Assembly (NCBI GenBank): GCA_002269645.1
Contig: NIVC01000211.1
Location: 496,001-560,000, forward strand
Direction of reading: 5' to 3'
Length of the DNA: 64,000 nucleotides
Source: Macrostomum lignano
Taxonomy: Eukaryota
Position numbers and translations under genes: made by a program. The notes below the pieces were generated by a model. That model worked only from the letters and a program-made list of their open reading frames with translations, searched no databases and had not been told where the DNA came from. Shown here one piece after another: positions 13,612-42,249 of this stretch; position 1 is the first letter of the stretch; every line of letters starts with the position of its first letter.

Positions 13612-14008
13612 GTCTTTATGTATGCCATCGTGTCTTTATGTATGCCATCGTGTCTTTATGTATGCCATCGTGTCTTTATGTATACCATCGTGTCTTTATG
13701 TATACCATCGTGTCTTTATGTATGCCATCGTGTCTTTATGTATGCCATCGTGTCTTTATGTATGCCATCGTGTCTTTATGTATGCCATCGTGTCTTTATG
13801 TATGCCATCGTGTCTTTATGTATGCCATCGTGTCTTTATGTATGCCATCGTGTCTTTATGTATGCCATCGTGTCTTTATGTATGCCATCGTGTCTTTATG
13901 TATGCCATCGTGTCTTTATGTATACCATCGTGTCTTTATGTATGCCATCGTGTCTTTATGTATGCCATCGTGTTTTTATGTATGCCATCGTGTCTTTATG
14001 TATGCCTT
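13612..14008. repeat. Minisatellite, 20-bp unit GTGTCTTTATGTATGCCATC (about 20 copies)
   Basis: Near-perfect tandem copies read directly. Confidence 0.96.
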
Positions 14009-14350
14009 TGTGTCCTTTCTGTCCGCCTGACCTTATGCCGTTATGCCAGTCAAACTATTTTTGCATAACAATGCTACTGCATCTGTCTGTATGTCTGTCT
14101 CCTTAGTTTTGCATAGCCATCTGCTCTTGTGTATCGAGATGGTTAAATGTTTTATTTTGTCTCTCTAAAAAATCTACCTTTAAGTAAGGTAGAAAGGCCT
14201 GTTTATTTAAAGATCAACAGAATATTTCTTAAGAAAAATTCAAATTTGTCATCAGTAAATCCAGTGCATGCAGTTGATTCTACACATGTTACTCAATAAT
14301 TTCCACTGTAATTTTTCTCGAAATGAAATGTATTTCTATATCTACTTCAC

Positions 14351-14414
14351 CTGCTATAGTTGATTGGTCGCCTTCTATTGCCTAAGCATTCAGGCGGTAA
14401 TCCGAAACCGTGTC
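14351..14414 (-). CDS. Candidate third exon of the FNDC3-like gene (GHGFGLPPECLGNRRRPINYS)
   Basis: AAACAG|G acceptor and CAG|GTGAAG donor. It is open in the phase-1 frame left by the previous exon. No homology support. Confidence 0.35.
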
Positions 14415-14633
14415 CTGTTTATTATGATTTAAACTGCGTTTGTTTCAGCTGATCAATAAATCTTTGGCAATAAATCTTCTTTTAGCTAACGCTTGCAAAA
14501 GCAGTTAGCAGCAGTGTGGATAGGGAAAATGAGAGTTCTGAAGGAAAACTTGAAGAAGGAAAACATCGAAAGAGAATAGACTGGGCATGGCTGCAAAGCA
14601 ATTGCACTAAAGCAGCTCCTCGCCAAAACTCAC

Positions 14634-15101
14634 CAGTAGGCCCGTCAGCCTGGTAGCCGCTGATAGGTGTCAATGCCATTGGCGACGGCATCAGGTTGCT
14701 AGGCAACACGCCTGGAAAATAGTACGGTCCGGTGCCCATCTGGGGCGCCAAAATGACGTGCGTTAGTATGCCATTTTCATCAACAATTTGTTGCACCAGA
14801 TGACCGGGCGGAACCTGCGGAGATAATCGCATGGATTGATTGTGATAGCTAGGGAAGCTGACCTGTCTGCCTGTCTGTTCGTCTGACTTAGTTTTTGTTT
14901 GTCTGCATGTGCGTATTTAGGGGTTAGCTAACGAACTAGCTCGTAAATAAGTAAACAACTAACTAACTAACTGACTAACTAACTAACTGACTAACTAACT
15001 AACTAACTAACTAACTGACTAACTAACTAACTGACTAACTAACTAACTAACTAACTAACTGACTAACTAACTAACTGACTAACTGACTAACTAACTAACT
15101 G

Positions 15102-15142
<41 letters not shown>

Positions 15143-15297
15143 GTAACTAACTAACTAACTAACTAACTAACTGACTAACTAACTAACTAACTGACTAACT
15201 AACTAACTGACTAACTAACTAACTGACTAACTGACTAACTAACTGACTAATTGACTAACTAACTGACTAACTGACTAACTAACTAACTAACTAACTG

Positions 15298-15378
<81 letters not shown>

Positions 15379-16003
15379 GTGACTAACTGACTAACTGACT
15401 AACTAACTAACTAACTAACTAACTGACTGACTAACTGACTAACTAACTGACTAATTGACTAACTAACTGACTAACTGACTAACTGACTGACTAACTAACT
15501 AACTAACTAACTGACTAACTAACTAACTAACTGACTAACTAACTAACTAACTAACTAACTAAATAACTAAATAACTGACTAACTAACTAACTAACTAACA
15601 AACTGACTGACGAACTAACTAACTAGCAAGCACATAAAATCCCTTGAACGTATAGCTTATTTACCTGCATCTGCATCGGCATAGGCGGTCCATTGGTTGA
15701 CATCATTCTAACGGTGGCCGGGCCCCTCACGTGTTGCACCTGGTCGCCAACCCTTACGCAGAATGTTTCACCAGCACCAACATGCACCATGACGATGTGC
15801 TCGCTGCCACCGCCACCACCAACTCCGGGACCAGTGGAATCGCCGGAACCAGCCAGTGTTGCACCAGACTGCTCATCTAAAGAACCGACTTCATCCTCTG
15901 TAGTTTCCAGTTCTGGTGCCAGTTCTGATTCTGCTGCTTCAGAGCACTCTGCAACTTCCCTATCCAACTCAGCGCCACTTGAAGCCACAACTGTGTCAGA
16001 CAT
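14634..16003 (-). CDS. FNDC3: FNDC3 / miles-to-go-like protein, N-terminal exons: complement(join(14634..14814,15665..16003)); downstream FN3 exons not identified in the window
   Basis: The spliced product reads ...HIVMVHVGAGETFCVRVGDQVQHVRGPATVRMMSTNGPPMPMQMQ|VPPGHLVQQIVDENGILTHVILAP, which matches the conserved FNDC3A/B/mtgo N-terminal block. ATG at 16003 has A at -3. Donor CAG|GTAAAT at 15665/15664, acceptor CCGCAG|GTT at 14814 (phase 0), donor CTG|GTGAGT after 14634. Confidence 0.8.
14958..15625. repeat. (ACTA)n/(ACTG)n tetranucleotide microsatellite in the FNDC3-like intron
   Basis: Read directly. Confidence 0.96.
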
Positions 16004-19000
16004 TTTGCCCAGTCTATTAGCTAGATTATCTCAATTCTAAGCCTATCAGTGTGTGCTGCCAGTGGCACAAATTTATGAGAAAAAATAGCCAATCTTAGAT
16101 GGAAACTGAAAAGCATCAAGTGATAAAAAAGTAGGATTTAATATGTATGAATATAAATCTCTTTTATTTATTACTTTACTTTACATACATAAATTGGGTT
16201 ATTGTATTTTTGAATAAAATTTGTCCATTTTCATTAGTTTAATAAATTAGTTATTAGCAAAATTAACATTACTTATTAGCATTCTTACAAATAAACAAAA
16301 AATGTAATTTCGCTTGTAAACTTGACTAGTTTGTTGCAAAAACTTTTTGTCGTTTTGAATTTTTATTACTTTATTTGTGCTTCATTTTTTTCCTTTTCCT
16401 TTTCTTATCTTCTTGTAGTATTTTTGGTCATACTGTTTGCCTTCTAAATTTTTGCAACTTGTATTAGCTGGTGGCCTCTTTATTTAGCTGTAGGGCTAGG
16501 TTTTGCATGCATATTTATGCAAATTATAGCTTAATAACCCTGAATTATCTAATATTAATTGAAATTTTATAAGCTAGATATTTATAAATTTATTGCAATA
16601 TATAAAATAGTTTTTATGCTAAGTTTACAGCAATTATAAAGTTAAATATCTATTGTCATTGTTCACTTAATAGTAAAAGACATAAAAGCAATGACTTTTT
16701 AAAATTGTCAAAAATTTTAAATTTAATCTCCTTTTAGTGCTTGTATTTACTGTAGTTTTAAAAATGCTAGCTTTATCAAAGTTCAGTGTTAGCATTTCAA
16801 TAACTTATTAGAGTCTAATAGAAAACTTTATTTTAATTTCCCAAATTTTACATATCTTTGTTAAAATATTGTCAGTCTTTGGACTGAAGATGCTAGCTAT
16901 TATTAGTATATAACTAACAAGTTTTCTTTCAAATCACTTTAATAGATAATATTTGAGTAAATATGAAGGCTGTCTCAAAAGTAGTATTACTTTTCATTAT
17001 ATCCCTCATTCTAATAATCCAAAAAACATAGTTTCACACAAATTCATAGCAGCAATTCTCTTCTTTATACTAACTTTAACATCTTTAAAATCAGACAATG
17101 GAAACAAAAGTTAAGAATTAAAATATAACAGGAATTTGACCCATAGACCTATAGTAAGTTATCAAGCTAGCAAAACTTTAAGTAGAAGCTGATAAATGGG
17201 TAACTGGCTGCAGTAAATATGTTGAATGATTGCAATAAATGACTAAATTAGACCCATGAGTCAATGAAATTTTGTGCATAAATCTTGGCTGCATTGTGCC
17301 CTATCCTCCAAAAGGTGCAAATCATACTCTCTTGAGCAACACTTGAATATACATTCATGATTTTTGGCACCGCAAAAAGAGAGAACAAAAAGCAGTGAAG
17401 CCAAAGCCCAGTGAGAAATATTCTGCTACTATAAAAGTTTATGTTTCTCTAAGTTTTTTTCCATAGATATCTGTTTATCAAAGCAGCCTAACAAAGAAGT
17501 CTGAGTGCATTCAATCAAAAGTACTTAAGAAGAACTTTCTTTTTAAGAAGTACTGAAAAAGAAACATTAAGAAGAAAGTTGCCACCATAAATTTTTACAA
17601 AATGATACTATTTCAATTATCAGAACAAGAGATATAATGAAAAGTAACACTACTTTTGGGACAGCCCTTGTAGTATGTTTGTCATCCTGTTTTATTTCCT
17701 TTTTTATTGTTATAGAATTTTTTATTAAAATATTAAAATATTTATCTATGTATAATAATATTATATATAGATTATATCTTGTAAAAACTTATAATAGGAA
17801 TAAAAACAATAGATATAGGTAATTTAACAAAAATGAAACATCTATAGATATTTTTTATCTTTTTTACCTGTCTTATAAAATAGAAGCAACCCTAGCTTGA
17901 CCATAGTTTCTGTTTTTCTTCCTTAGAGATTTAAAGTTTACAATAACCCTAGTAGAAATTTTTTATTTAAATAAAGCACTGACAATTAATAGGGCTAATG
18001 GTAGTTATTATGTCTGATTTTTTAAACTTTTTCGAAGATTTGTATTATTTTTTATTCTTAAAACATTTGTACTGTGACTGCACATAGAATATACAAATTA
18101 ATAATAGGGCCTAATAATTATGCTCTATAGAGTTTAGTAAGTTATTAAAGTCAATGTTTCAAGTACTGGCACTACATGCGAAACTTTACTTTACTTTACA
18201 AAATTGCTCTCCGTCAAGTTGCTGAACTTTAAATTTAATTGAAATTAACTCTTGTCAAGTCTATAGTCTAGGTCTTTATTGGCTCGCTAGCTGATGTGAT
18301 GTTTATGCTTGTGAAACATGCAATAGCGTTGTAGGGCAGACAAAAGGAAACGGCATAAAAGATATGAGTACTATATGGAGAGTTAACATAATAACTATCA
18401 TGATTACTGTGCCACTGTACCTGCTCATTTTTATAAGGGTTCTTAATGTTAATCCTAGCTCAGCGCAAATAATATATTATTTATTATTTCCAGCAAAACT
18501 ACTGACAGCGGAATTTAAATAGTGCTGTTATTCTTTTACCGTTTTATGTTTTAACAAAATGCGTTGAGTTTTTTGTCTATAAACTAAATCTTTATAAAGC
18601 CTATATGCAAAAAATGTAAAAAAACTTTATCAAATATTTTATTGTAGCAGCTATAAAAGTTAGCTTCTATTTTTCAGCATTTCAACCGAGAATTTTAAAG
18701 TTTTAAGCGAAACACTCGACAGTTAGCTTGATCTTCTCGTTCTCGTTACGAGTCTTGCGACCGACCGTGTTGTTAATCGATTTTATTTGCTAAGAGTCTA
18801 AGATATGATTGACTGTTTACTCTTTTAACTCTCCGTTCATTTGGTTTGGATCTTAGGGATGATTATAAAAAATTAAATAAAAAAGTAAAACATGATTTGG
18901 ACCAGTTTTAAATATTCTAGTCTAGTAGTATGGAAGTTTACCACTTTTCGTTAGTAGGTTTGCATTTAGCAGTTTGGTTTTTTGGTACTATGTCTACTGA

Positions 19001-19890
19001 TAAAGATAATTTTATACATAATCTGGCTATGTTGATTATAATGCTTTCTGTGGCTTTTAATTTAAATATAATTTAATTTTAGAAGCTAACTTTATTAAAT
19101 ATGACATGATGCTAATAGGTTCCAAGACATTTTGTCAACCAGCATTTCTTCAACTGGCATTTTGTCAACCAGACATTATGGCAACCAGACATTTGGTTCA
19201 AGCCAAAATTAGGTGCCTTATTTATCTGTCATATTAGGCCCTAGCTGTTAATATTAAAATATTTAAATTTAAGTTTTAGGCCTATCATAGAAAATATTGA
19301 AACTATATACATGGTATTCAGGTACCATATACTTGTAATGAAATTATAAATCTATTTTAAATATTGATTATTGCAATTGTAGTAGTATAATTTGTACGTT
19401 ATTTTGTTAATCTTTAATTTATACAAAATATATTTAAATTAGAAAGAGTATCGCGCTGGGACAGTTGACGGGCAACTTGGATTTGGACTGCTGGGTCGTG
19501 AGTTAGCGTAGCTTAGCATCTTTGAGATAACAGCTTTCATTTGCACTGTATTTTCAGTATTAGAGTCTCAGCCTTAGGTTCTTCCAATTACACTTCATTA
19601 GGTCTTTGTCATTATTTACATTCCAACTATCTCCCAGTGAGTAGCCACCACAGTTACAGTCAGTTGTCCCAGTGCTCGCTCAGGGTATTAATTAATTGTT
19701 GAACTACTTAACTCAAATTACTCAATTGCTATAGCCTATATTTGTTATTGACTTTTATTATTTTTTGGGGAAAAATAATTGGCGACTACCTAATTTCTAA
19801 CTCTTTATCCTAATACAGCAATATGCATACAAGCCCAGTCAATTAGGAAAAATTCAAAATAGACCCAACGAAACAACTTTCTTTACATAC

Positions 19891-21110
19891 TAGTGATGGA
19901 TCCGAACATTCGGATTCGGAATCCGAATCCGAAAAAAAGTCTTACTTTTATAGGAATCCGAATGTTTCGGATTCGGAAATTTTTTTTTCCAAATATTTCC
20001 GAATGTGCTTCTAAAATTCAAATCTAAAATAAATATTACAAATCAAGAAACCAAAGCATGCAACCCATTAAATAAAGAAACTAATAACTAAAAAGAAAGA
20101 AAATTAAAAGGCAAAGAGCAAAATATATCACGTTTTTTTTTCTACAATTGTCTTTTTTTGCAGCAATATATGTTTAAAAAAAGTTAAATAAGTAAATTAC
20201 TAAACCTAGGGACCTGTAAGACAATAAACCTAAAGTTACGGAAATATTTTGGTAATTATTGTTTAAGTGTAATGACAGGTTTTTTCGAAATGCAAAATTG
20301 CAACTGCACTGGGTCACATAGACTGTATGTACGTACGGTAAAATTATCATAATTGCACTGTATATATATATGTCACTCATTAGCTATAATCAGTAGTACT
20401 AGAATTAGATGTTCATGTAACACGGTAGAAGTAGAACTGAATTTCCTATCTAAGTCCATCTCTTTAAATTTGGTTTCGCGATGGATATCAGTAGAGGTTG
20501 GACAAGCAGAAGATTTTGGTCATGCGTGAATTTTTTAAAGTCAGGCGTGATCGTGATTGTGAATTTATATTAGCATACATGTATATTGAGCTCGTAAGTT
20601 ACAAGTGTTGTAAATAACAAACAAGAAAAGAAATCATATACTCGTATATTGATAATAGCTACTCGGCCGTAATGCTGTCAAGTCAACAAATTTAAAATTT
20701 ATTAATTCTTTACACATTCGTGTTTACGTTTTTTGGTAAATCAAATAGAAAAGTTATATTTCTAATAAAAACGTAAGCAGAAATTCACAACCGTTGGAAC
20801 AGGTTTCAACAAGATCACTATCGTGAAAAAATGGTCCTGAATTCACGATTGTGATCACATCCGACCCCTAAGATAAAAGTACGAGTACAAATATAAGCCC
20901 AGGAGAGATGGAATCTTGTCAGTCAATTTATGTGCGCACTAATTAGATGATGAGACATTTTCTTAAATTAAAAGAGTCATAGTTACTCCTGCCGTTTACC
21001 TTACACTTTTTGCTTACATTCGGAAACATTCAGATTCGGATTCGGATTTTTTTTGTACATTCGGATTCGGTTTCGGAAACTTGCAAAAATCCACATTCGG
21101 TCCATCACTA
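19891..21110. mobile_element. Non-autonomous hAT-like DNA transposon (MITE), about 1.2 kb
   Basis: Terminal inverted repeats TAGTGATGGA(T)CCGAA ... TTCGGTCCATCACTA, with clustered subterminal TTCGGA/TCCGAA motifs at both ends. The 8-bp flanks TTACATAC and CCATATAC match only 5/8. The TAG-start TIR is typical of hAT elements. Confidence 0.65.
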
Positions 21111-22299
21111 CCATATACTACCATTGTACAAGTACGAGTATTGCAATACCATTGGGGACCAAAGGTTCCTACAAAATTTATTTTCAAGAAGTATTACACA
21201 AATTAGAAATTACCACTTCTCACATTCTCTGAGCTCTGGCTGGTGCAGCTATAATAATTGGCTACAATTTGCTAAGTTGCCATAATGTCTAGTTGATGAA
21301 ATGTTGGTTGACGAAATATCTAGTCACTTGCTAATGCTAATGGGTACTTAGCAAATGAGTACCCATTTGGTAGGCCTATCTAGCATAAAAGAGAGGGTTT
21401 CTGGCATAATTTAGACTTTGGCTATAATTGGTCTAATAAATAGGTTTAATACAATAATAAATAATGGCAGTGATTATTGTTACAGTGACTGTATAAATAG
21501 CAAAATGGTTATTTTTATGGTCAATATATAAGATATTATCTAGGCTATATATGAGGCCTAAGCTACAATCAGGAAGGTGGCCTAGATTTCACATAAAATT
21601 GTGGTAAACACAAAGGAATTTTCTGGCATATATGACATATGGCATACCACATTTGGTGCATTGTCTATATAGTATAATCCATAGCAAAGTACTAAAGTAT
21701 CTCATATTTTACTTAAAATGAAGAGTTTGGTTTTTAAAATTGTGACCTATCCCAACATTCCTCTTCTAATTTAATTATCAACTTTGAACAAATATTATCA
21801 ATCAATCAAACACAATCAATCTTCAACTATTTTGACGCAGTTGTGTAAAATTTCAAGTCTCAAAGTTAATCCTGAATGGCACTGTGCACTTTTAAAGTTA
21901 GTCTGTTTTTTTCAGCAAGGCAGCCACCCCAACCTCCACCCACCTGCCTCTCTTTCCCAATCTGGGCAAAGGGTAAATAGGTTTTAAAATGACTAACTTT
22001 TTGGCTGCCAAAAGTTAGCTCCATGTGAAGCAATTGGGCCATTCCATATAATTATGGTCGTAACATGACAGGCTATTTTTACTTATAAAATGAAATCTAA
22101 TAATAGAATATACTAAACCAATATTTTGAATAAAGGATTATTTTGTCAAGAATATATTTATATGGTTTCATATAGATATTATCATTAGTATAGATGCTTT
22201 TAAACCTTGAATGGCACTTATGGTCGTAACAACAGGATTTTTGACACATAGAAACTAAAAGATAAAAGTCATAGCATTTTTCATTTTTGATATTTTGCA

Positions 22300-22790
22300 A
22301 TAAATAAGAAGAGATAAGAGATAAAAGAAAAAAGAAGAGAAAGGAAAGATAAGAGAGCAAAGATGAAAGAGAGAAGAGAGGTAAGGAAAGAGACGATAGA
22401 AGAGATGAGAGGAGAGAGTGGAGAGAAGAGAAGAGAAAGGAGAGAGAAGAGATGAGGGAAGTGTTGAGAGAGGGTAGTGTAATGAGTGAGAAGAGAGGAG
22501 AGGGAAAAGAGAGTAGAAAGCAGAAAGAGGGGAGAGCAGAGAGAAATGAGAAGAGATAAAAGAGGAGAAAGGAGAGATGAGAGAGCAGAGACAAGAGGAA
22601 AGGAGAGAGAAACAAATAGAGAGAAGAGACAAAAGAAGAGGGGACAAAGGAGAGAAGAAAAAAGAGATAAGAGGAGAGAGAAAAGACAAGAGACGAGAGA
22701 GAATTGAGAAAACAGAAGAGAAGATAGAAGTTTCAAAGGATGCAAAGGACATAGGGAGAGGCAGAGGTAGAGGCCAGAGTTTTCCTGACA
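22300..22790. repeat. GA-rich low-complexity purine tract
   Basis: Composition read directly. It explains the L/S/F-rich minus-strand ORFs. Confidence 0.85.
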
Positions 22791-24020
22791 TTCTGTGCAG
22801 CACCCCAGCCAACAGTATCAATGTTTGCCTCAAATCTTAATTTTACACAAATGTACTCTATTTTATGTTTAACTCTATCCCAACTAATAAAAGTTTTTGT
22901 TTAAGTTTAATCTCAATATATGCAAAAATAGTTCTGGGGATTGGAATTCCCTGGGTTCAAAATCCGCGGGTTTTAACAGCTTGTTTTCAAATAAAATAGC
23001 TTTCAATTATATATCTATATACTAAAGATCCAGACACATGCCTCGATCTGTGTTCTTTTATAAGTAGGAACTCAATGAGCAACCCTTGTATGTAAAATTT
23101 TAGCCAATGAGATAACAGCTTGCCTCAAGTCTGCATTTAGAACCAAAATGGCTTATCAGTTGTCTATCAATCTCTTGCAAATGAGGGACAGCCAACTAGA
23201 GGTTAATAATTGTAAAGATAAGATTTTACTAATTTCTGCACTTAGTATAATTCTAATCAATACAGGTGCTCATGGTTAAAGTTTACATGAACCTATCACA
23301 TGTTTTCTAACATTGACTAGCTATCTGAGAGAGAGGGAGAGAGAGAGAGAGCCATGTTTTGTTTCAGAAATAATGCAATTGACTTTTAAAGTATAAACAC
23401 AAATATTTCTAAGCTTTTTAATTCAGTGGGTTCAAAATCTATGCATTTATCAACAATTTACATTTGTATATTTATAAATCACAAGGTAAGCCTTTCATTT
23501 AAGGATCTTTTATAACATTTCACATGTAATTAAAATAACAACAAGGCAGTAAAGCATTTCTTGTCTATTTTCTATTGGCTCTTCTTAATTTCAAAGCCAT
23601 AATAAAAACAAAAATATCATGCAAAATAACTAGAAAAAAGTCAATCATTTTAGTATAGGCCTAACAAATCAAATAGTAATTAATTTTTTGTTAATATATT
23701 TTTTCATTAATCTTTGTTCTAAAATTACATTTTAAAACTAATTTATTAGTCTAGCCTTGCATTTTTATATTCATTTGTTAAGTTAGCATCTGATAATGAA
23801 ATTTTCTGCTACATTTTTCAAGAATTCTATAGACTATAATAAGTGTTGTATGGAGACTATGTCAAATGTCTTATTAAACTCTTATGCTATATATTACAAA
23901 TAATTAAAACTTTAACTTTCATGCCAACTCTGAACTTGGTGTCAACTATCTTCTGCATAATCTAATCTTGAAAAGGCTGTTGGAACACACTATTTTAGTA
24001 TTTATAGTTGTTCGATATAA

Positions 24021-39261
<15,241 letters not shown>

Positions 39262-39436
39262 TGATCGCTAGCGCCTGTGCCACCCAACCGACTTTTCTGT
39301 GTCTATAAACAGAGACATGTGAATTGAGTCTCTTAAACCTCAGTATCAGTTTGCACTTGTTTTGTTTCCATTTTTAGACAGCTTATTTAGCATATTTGAG
39401 AATACCATTTGTAAGAGTTCGTGTCATTTGTGAATG

Positions 39437-39442
39437 AATAAA
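39437..39442 (+). terminator. Likely polyadenylation signal AATAAA of WDR47
   Basis: First canonical hexamer, 176 nt after the stop codon. Confidence 0.5.
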
Positions 39443-39467
39443 GCCATTCTAAAGCATCTGGTGCCAT

Positions 39468-39965
39468 TTTTCAGCAAGTGGTGCCATTTGTCAGCAAGTG
39501 GTGCCATTTGTCAGCGAGTGGTGCCATTTGTCAGCAAGTGGTGCCATTTGTCAGCAAGTGGTGCCATTTGTCAGCGAGTGGTGCCATTTGTCAGCAAGTG
39601 GTGCCATTTGTCAGCAAGTGGTGCCATTTGTCAGCAAGTGGTGCCATTTGTCAGCAAGTGGTGCCATTTGTCAGCAAGTGGTGCCATTTGTCAGCAAGTG
39701 GTGCCATTTGTCAACAAGGGGTGCCATTTGTCAGCAAGTGGTGCCATTTGTCAACAAGGGGTGCCATTTGTCAGCAAGTGGTGCCATTTGTCAGCAAGTG
39801 GTGCCATTTGTCAACAAGGGGTGCCATTTGTCAGCGAGGGGTGCCATTTGTCAACAAGGGGTGCCATTTGTCAGCAAGTGGTGCCATTTGTCAGCAAGTG
39901 GTGCCATTTGTCAGCAAGTGGTGCCATTTGTCAGCAAGTGGTGCCATTTGTCAGCAAGTGGTGCC
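39468..39965. repeat. 20-bp minisatellite GTGCCATTTGTCAGCAAGTG (about 25 copies)
   Basis: Read directly. Confidence 0.96.
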
Positions 39966-40614
39966 CAGTATTCGCTTATTGTGTCATTTGTTAGCAAATG
40001 GCAAACATAATCACGCAAGATGAGGCAGCGATATGCCATTATAACGATTATTGTACTTATTAATCGTTAATAATGTTATTATAATGCCTAAAAAGAGGTT
40101 TTTATCTTGTTAAAAAAGTAAGCAATAAATTTATGGTCTGTAATTTTTACAAGGTACATGTTAGCTGTATTTGTCAGTTGCACAGATATTTTATTCAGTT
40201 TTATTATGTATTTAATTGTTTTGTTATAGTTGAACAAATCTGTGTCTTGATATCCCGGCTTGTTGATTCCTATTCTGAATATGAAATATTTTATTGTCTG
40301 AGTTTATACGACACAAAAATATGTAATCTTTCATAAATGCACTCTTGCTGCAGATGCTGAGTAGTATTCTCCGTGAGTTCGCAATTTTCTGGTCGCTTCT
40401 GTGCTGTTGCTGCTGCTAAAAGGCTTTCCCCATCTGCTGCCACCTGTTGCTATTCGCAGATACTAATTATGTTTTTTTCATATATTGTTTTATTGCTATA
40501 TTAGCTGCTTCTCTTGCGGTCTAAAGTCTCTTTAATGTTTCCTTGTGTTGTTTATGTAGACAATGCTTGTTAGACTGTTTATGTACTTTTAGAAGCTCGT
40601 CTTGGCTTTGAAAG

Positions 40615-41370
40615 GCTGTAAAATCGGCCTTCAAATCCTTAAACTCTATTAATACGTGAAAATTTGCATTGAAAATGTAGTAAAACTTTAAATTGGCTTT
40701 AAAATGTACAAACATGTTAAAATCAGCCTTCAAATCTTTAATAGTGTGAAAACAGGCCTTCAAATCTGCAAACACTGACCATCGGCCTTCAAATCCGTAG
40801 ACACTAAAAATCGGCCTTCAAATCTGTAGACACTGAAAATCGGCCTTGAAATCTGTAGACACTAAAAATCGACCTTCAAATCCGTAGACACAAAAAATCG
40901 GCCTTCAAATCCGTAGACACTAAAAATCGGCCTTCAAATCCGTAGACACAAAAAATCGGCCTTCAAATCCGTAGACACTAAAAATCGGCCTTCAAATTCG
41001 TAGACACTGAAAATCGGCCTTCAAATCCGTAGACACTAAAAATCGGCCTTCAAATCCGTAGACACTAAAAATCGGCCTTCAAATTCGTAGATACTAAAAA
41101 TCGGCCTACAAATTCGTAGATACTAAAAATCGGCCTTCAAATCCGTAGACACTAAAAATCGGCCTTCAAATTCGTAGACAAAAAAAATCGGCTTTCAAAT
41201 CCGTAGACACTAAAAATCGTCCTTCAAATCCGTAGACACAAAAAATCGGCCTTCAAATCCGTAGACACTAAAAATCGGCCTTCAAATTCGTAGACACTGA
41301 AAATCGGCCTTCAAATCTGTAGACACTAAAAATCGGCCTTTGAATCTAATAAACTTTAAACTCAGCCTTC
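40615..41370. repeat. 28-bp minisatellite with core AATCGGCCTTCAAA, array D (spacer TCCGTAGACACTAAA)
   Basis: Read directly. Confidence 0.92.
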
Positions 41371-42249
41371 AAATTGTTTCACGCGTACCAATCAGCACAT
41401 GCAGTAAAAATTTCAACAGCAAGTCAAAGCAGAGGTTCTGCTGTCATCCGCGATCCGCACCGTTGCTTCCAAACCAATATATCATACTAATCCTTTAATA
41501 TTTGACTGTAATTGTTACAAGGTTCAAAGTAGTTGTTTTTAGTAAATACTAACCTGCTGTGAGTTGATTAACTTTTGATTCTCGGTATTTAATTGTTGTT
41601 TTACTGTTAGAAAATTATATGTAATTGATCGTGAATATTGCAATTAATATTTTAAATTCTTGTCTCAACATTGGGACCATATAAATTCAATTTTGCAAAG
41701 ATATAATGCACCGCATCTATTCCATTCAAAAAATGCCTAACTTCAGATGCATCCTACTTCTAGTACTATAAAAGTATAACTGGAATTTTGAATGATAAAC
41801 GGCTGAAAATTTGCTTTTTTATTGCTTAGGGTGATGGAGCGCGTGTTGATTTTGCTTTTAAGCTACTTGTAAGTAGTGTCTATGGTGTATTGGTGTGTGC
41901 GCGTTTTCAGCCTGTGATTTTTTCACACCCGTTTCTCGCTGGGTTTTTATGAGTGAGTATCCCAAATATATGAATTCTGATTTGTATTGCGAAATTAACT
42001 AATATTTATCTATATATTTTAATATTATATATTTATATTACTATTGAATTACCTATATTATCTACTATGAGTATCTGCTTTTTGTATAAATTAAAATTAT
42101 GAACAGAATGAACTTTTTTGTATGTCCTTAAAGTCAATTTGGGTCCACGAAATATACAGCTTTGCATAAATGATCTGCTAATTTTTTTAATTTTGTTTTA
42201 TTACTGTTTAAGGGTATGTGGCACGGCAACTCCATCAACTCACTAGCCG

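Noticed and set aside
10383-14106. Many long ORFs (up to 690 aa) rich in C/L/S/V or D/R/Q/T/H
   Set aside because: They are translations of 20-bp satellites, open in several frames and on both strands, with no domain content.
14958-15625. (CTAA)n as telomeric repeat or as branch-point/QKI ACUAAC cluster
   Set aside because: It is not TTAGGG/TTAGG, it is interstitial, and ACTAAC lies antisense to the host FNDC3-like transcript.
22940-22990. GGGTTCAAAATCC B-box-like motif suggesting a tRNA or SINE
   Set aside because: No A-box or cloverleaf stems found.
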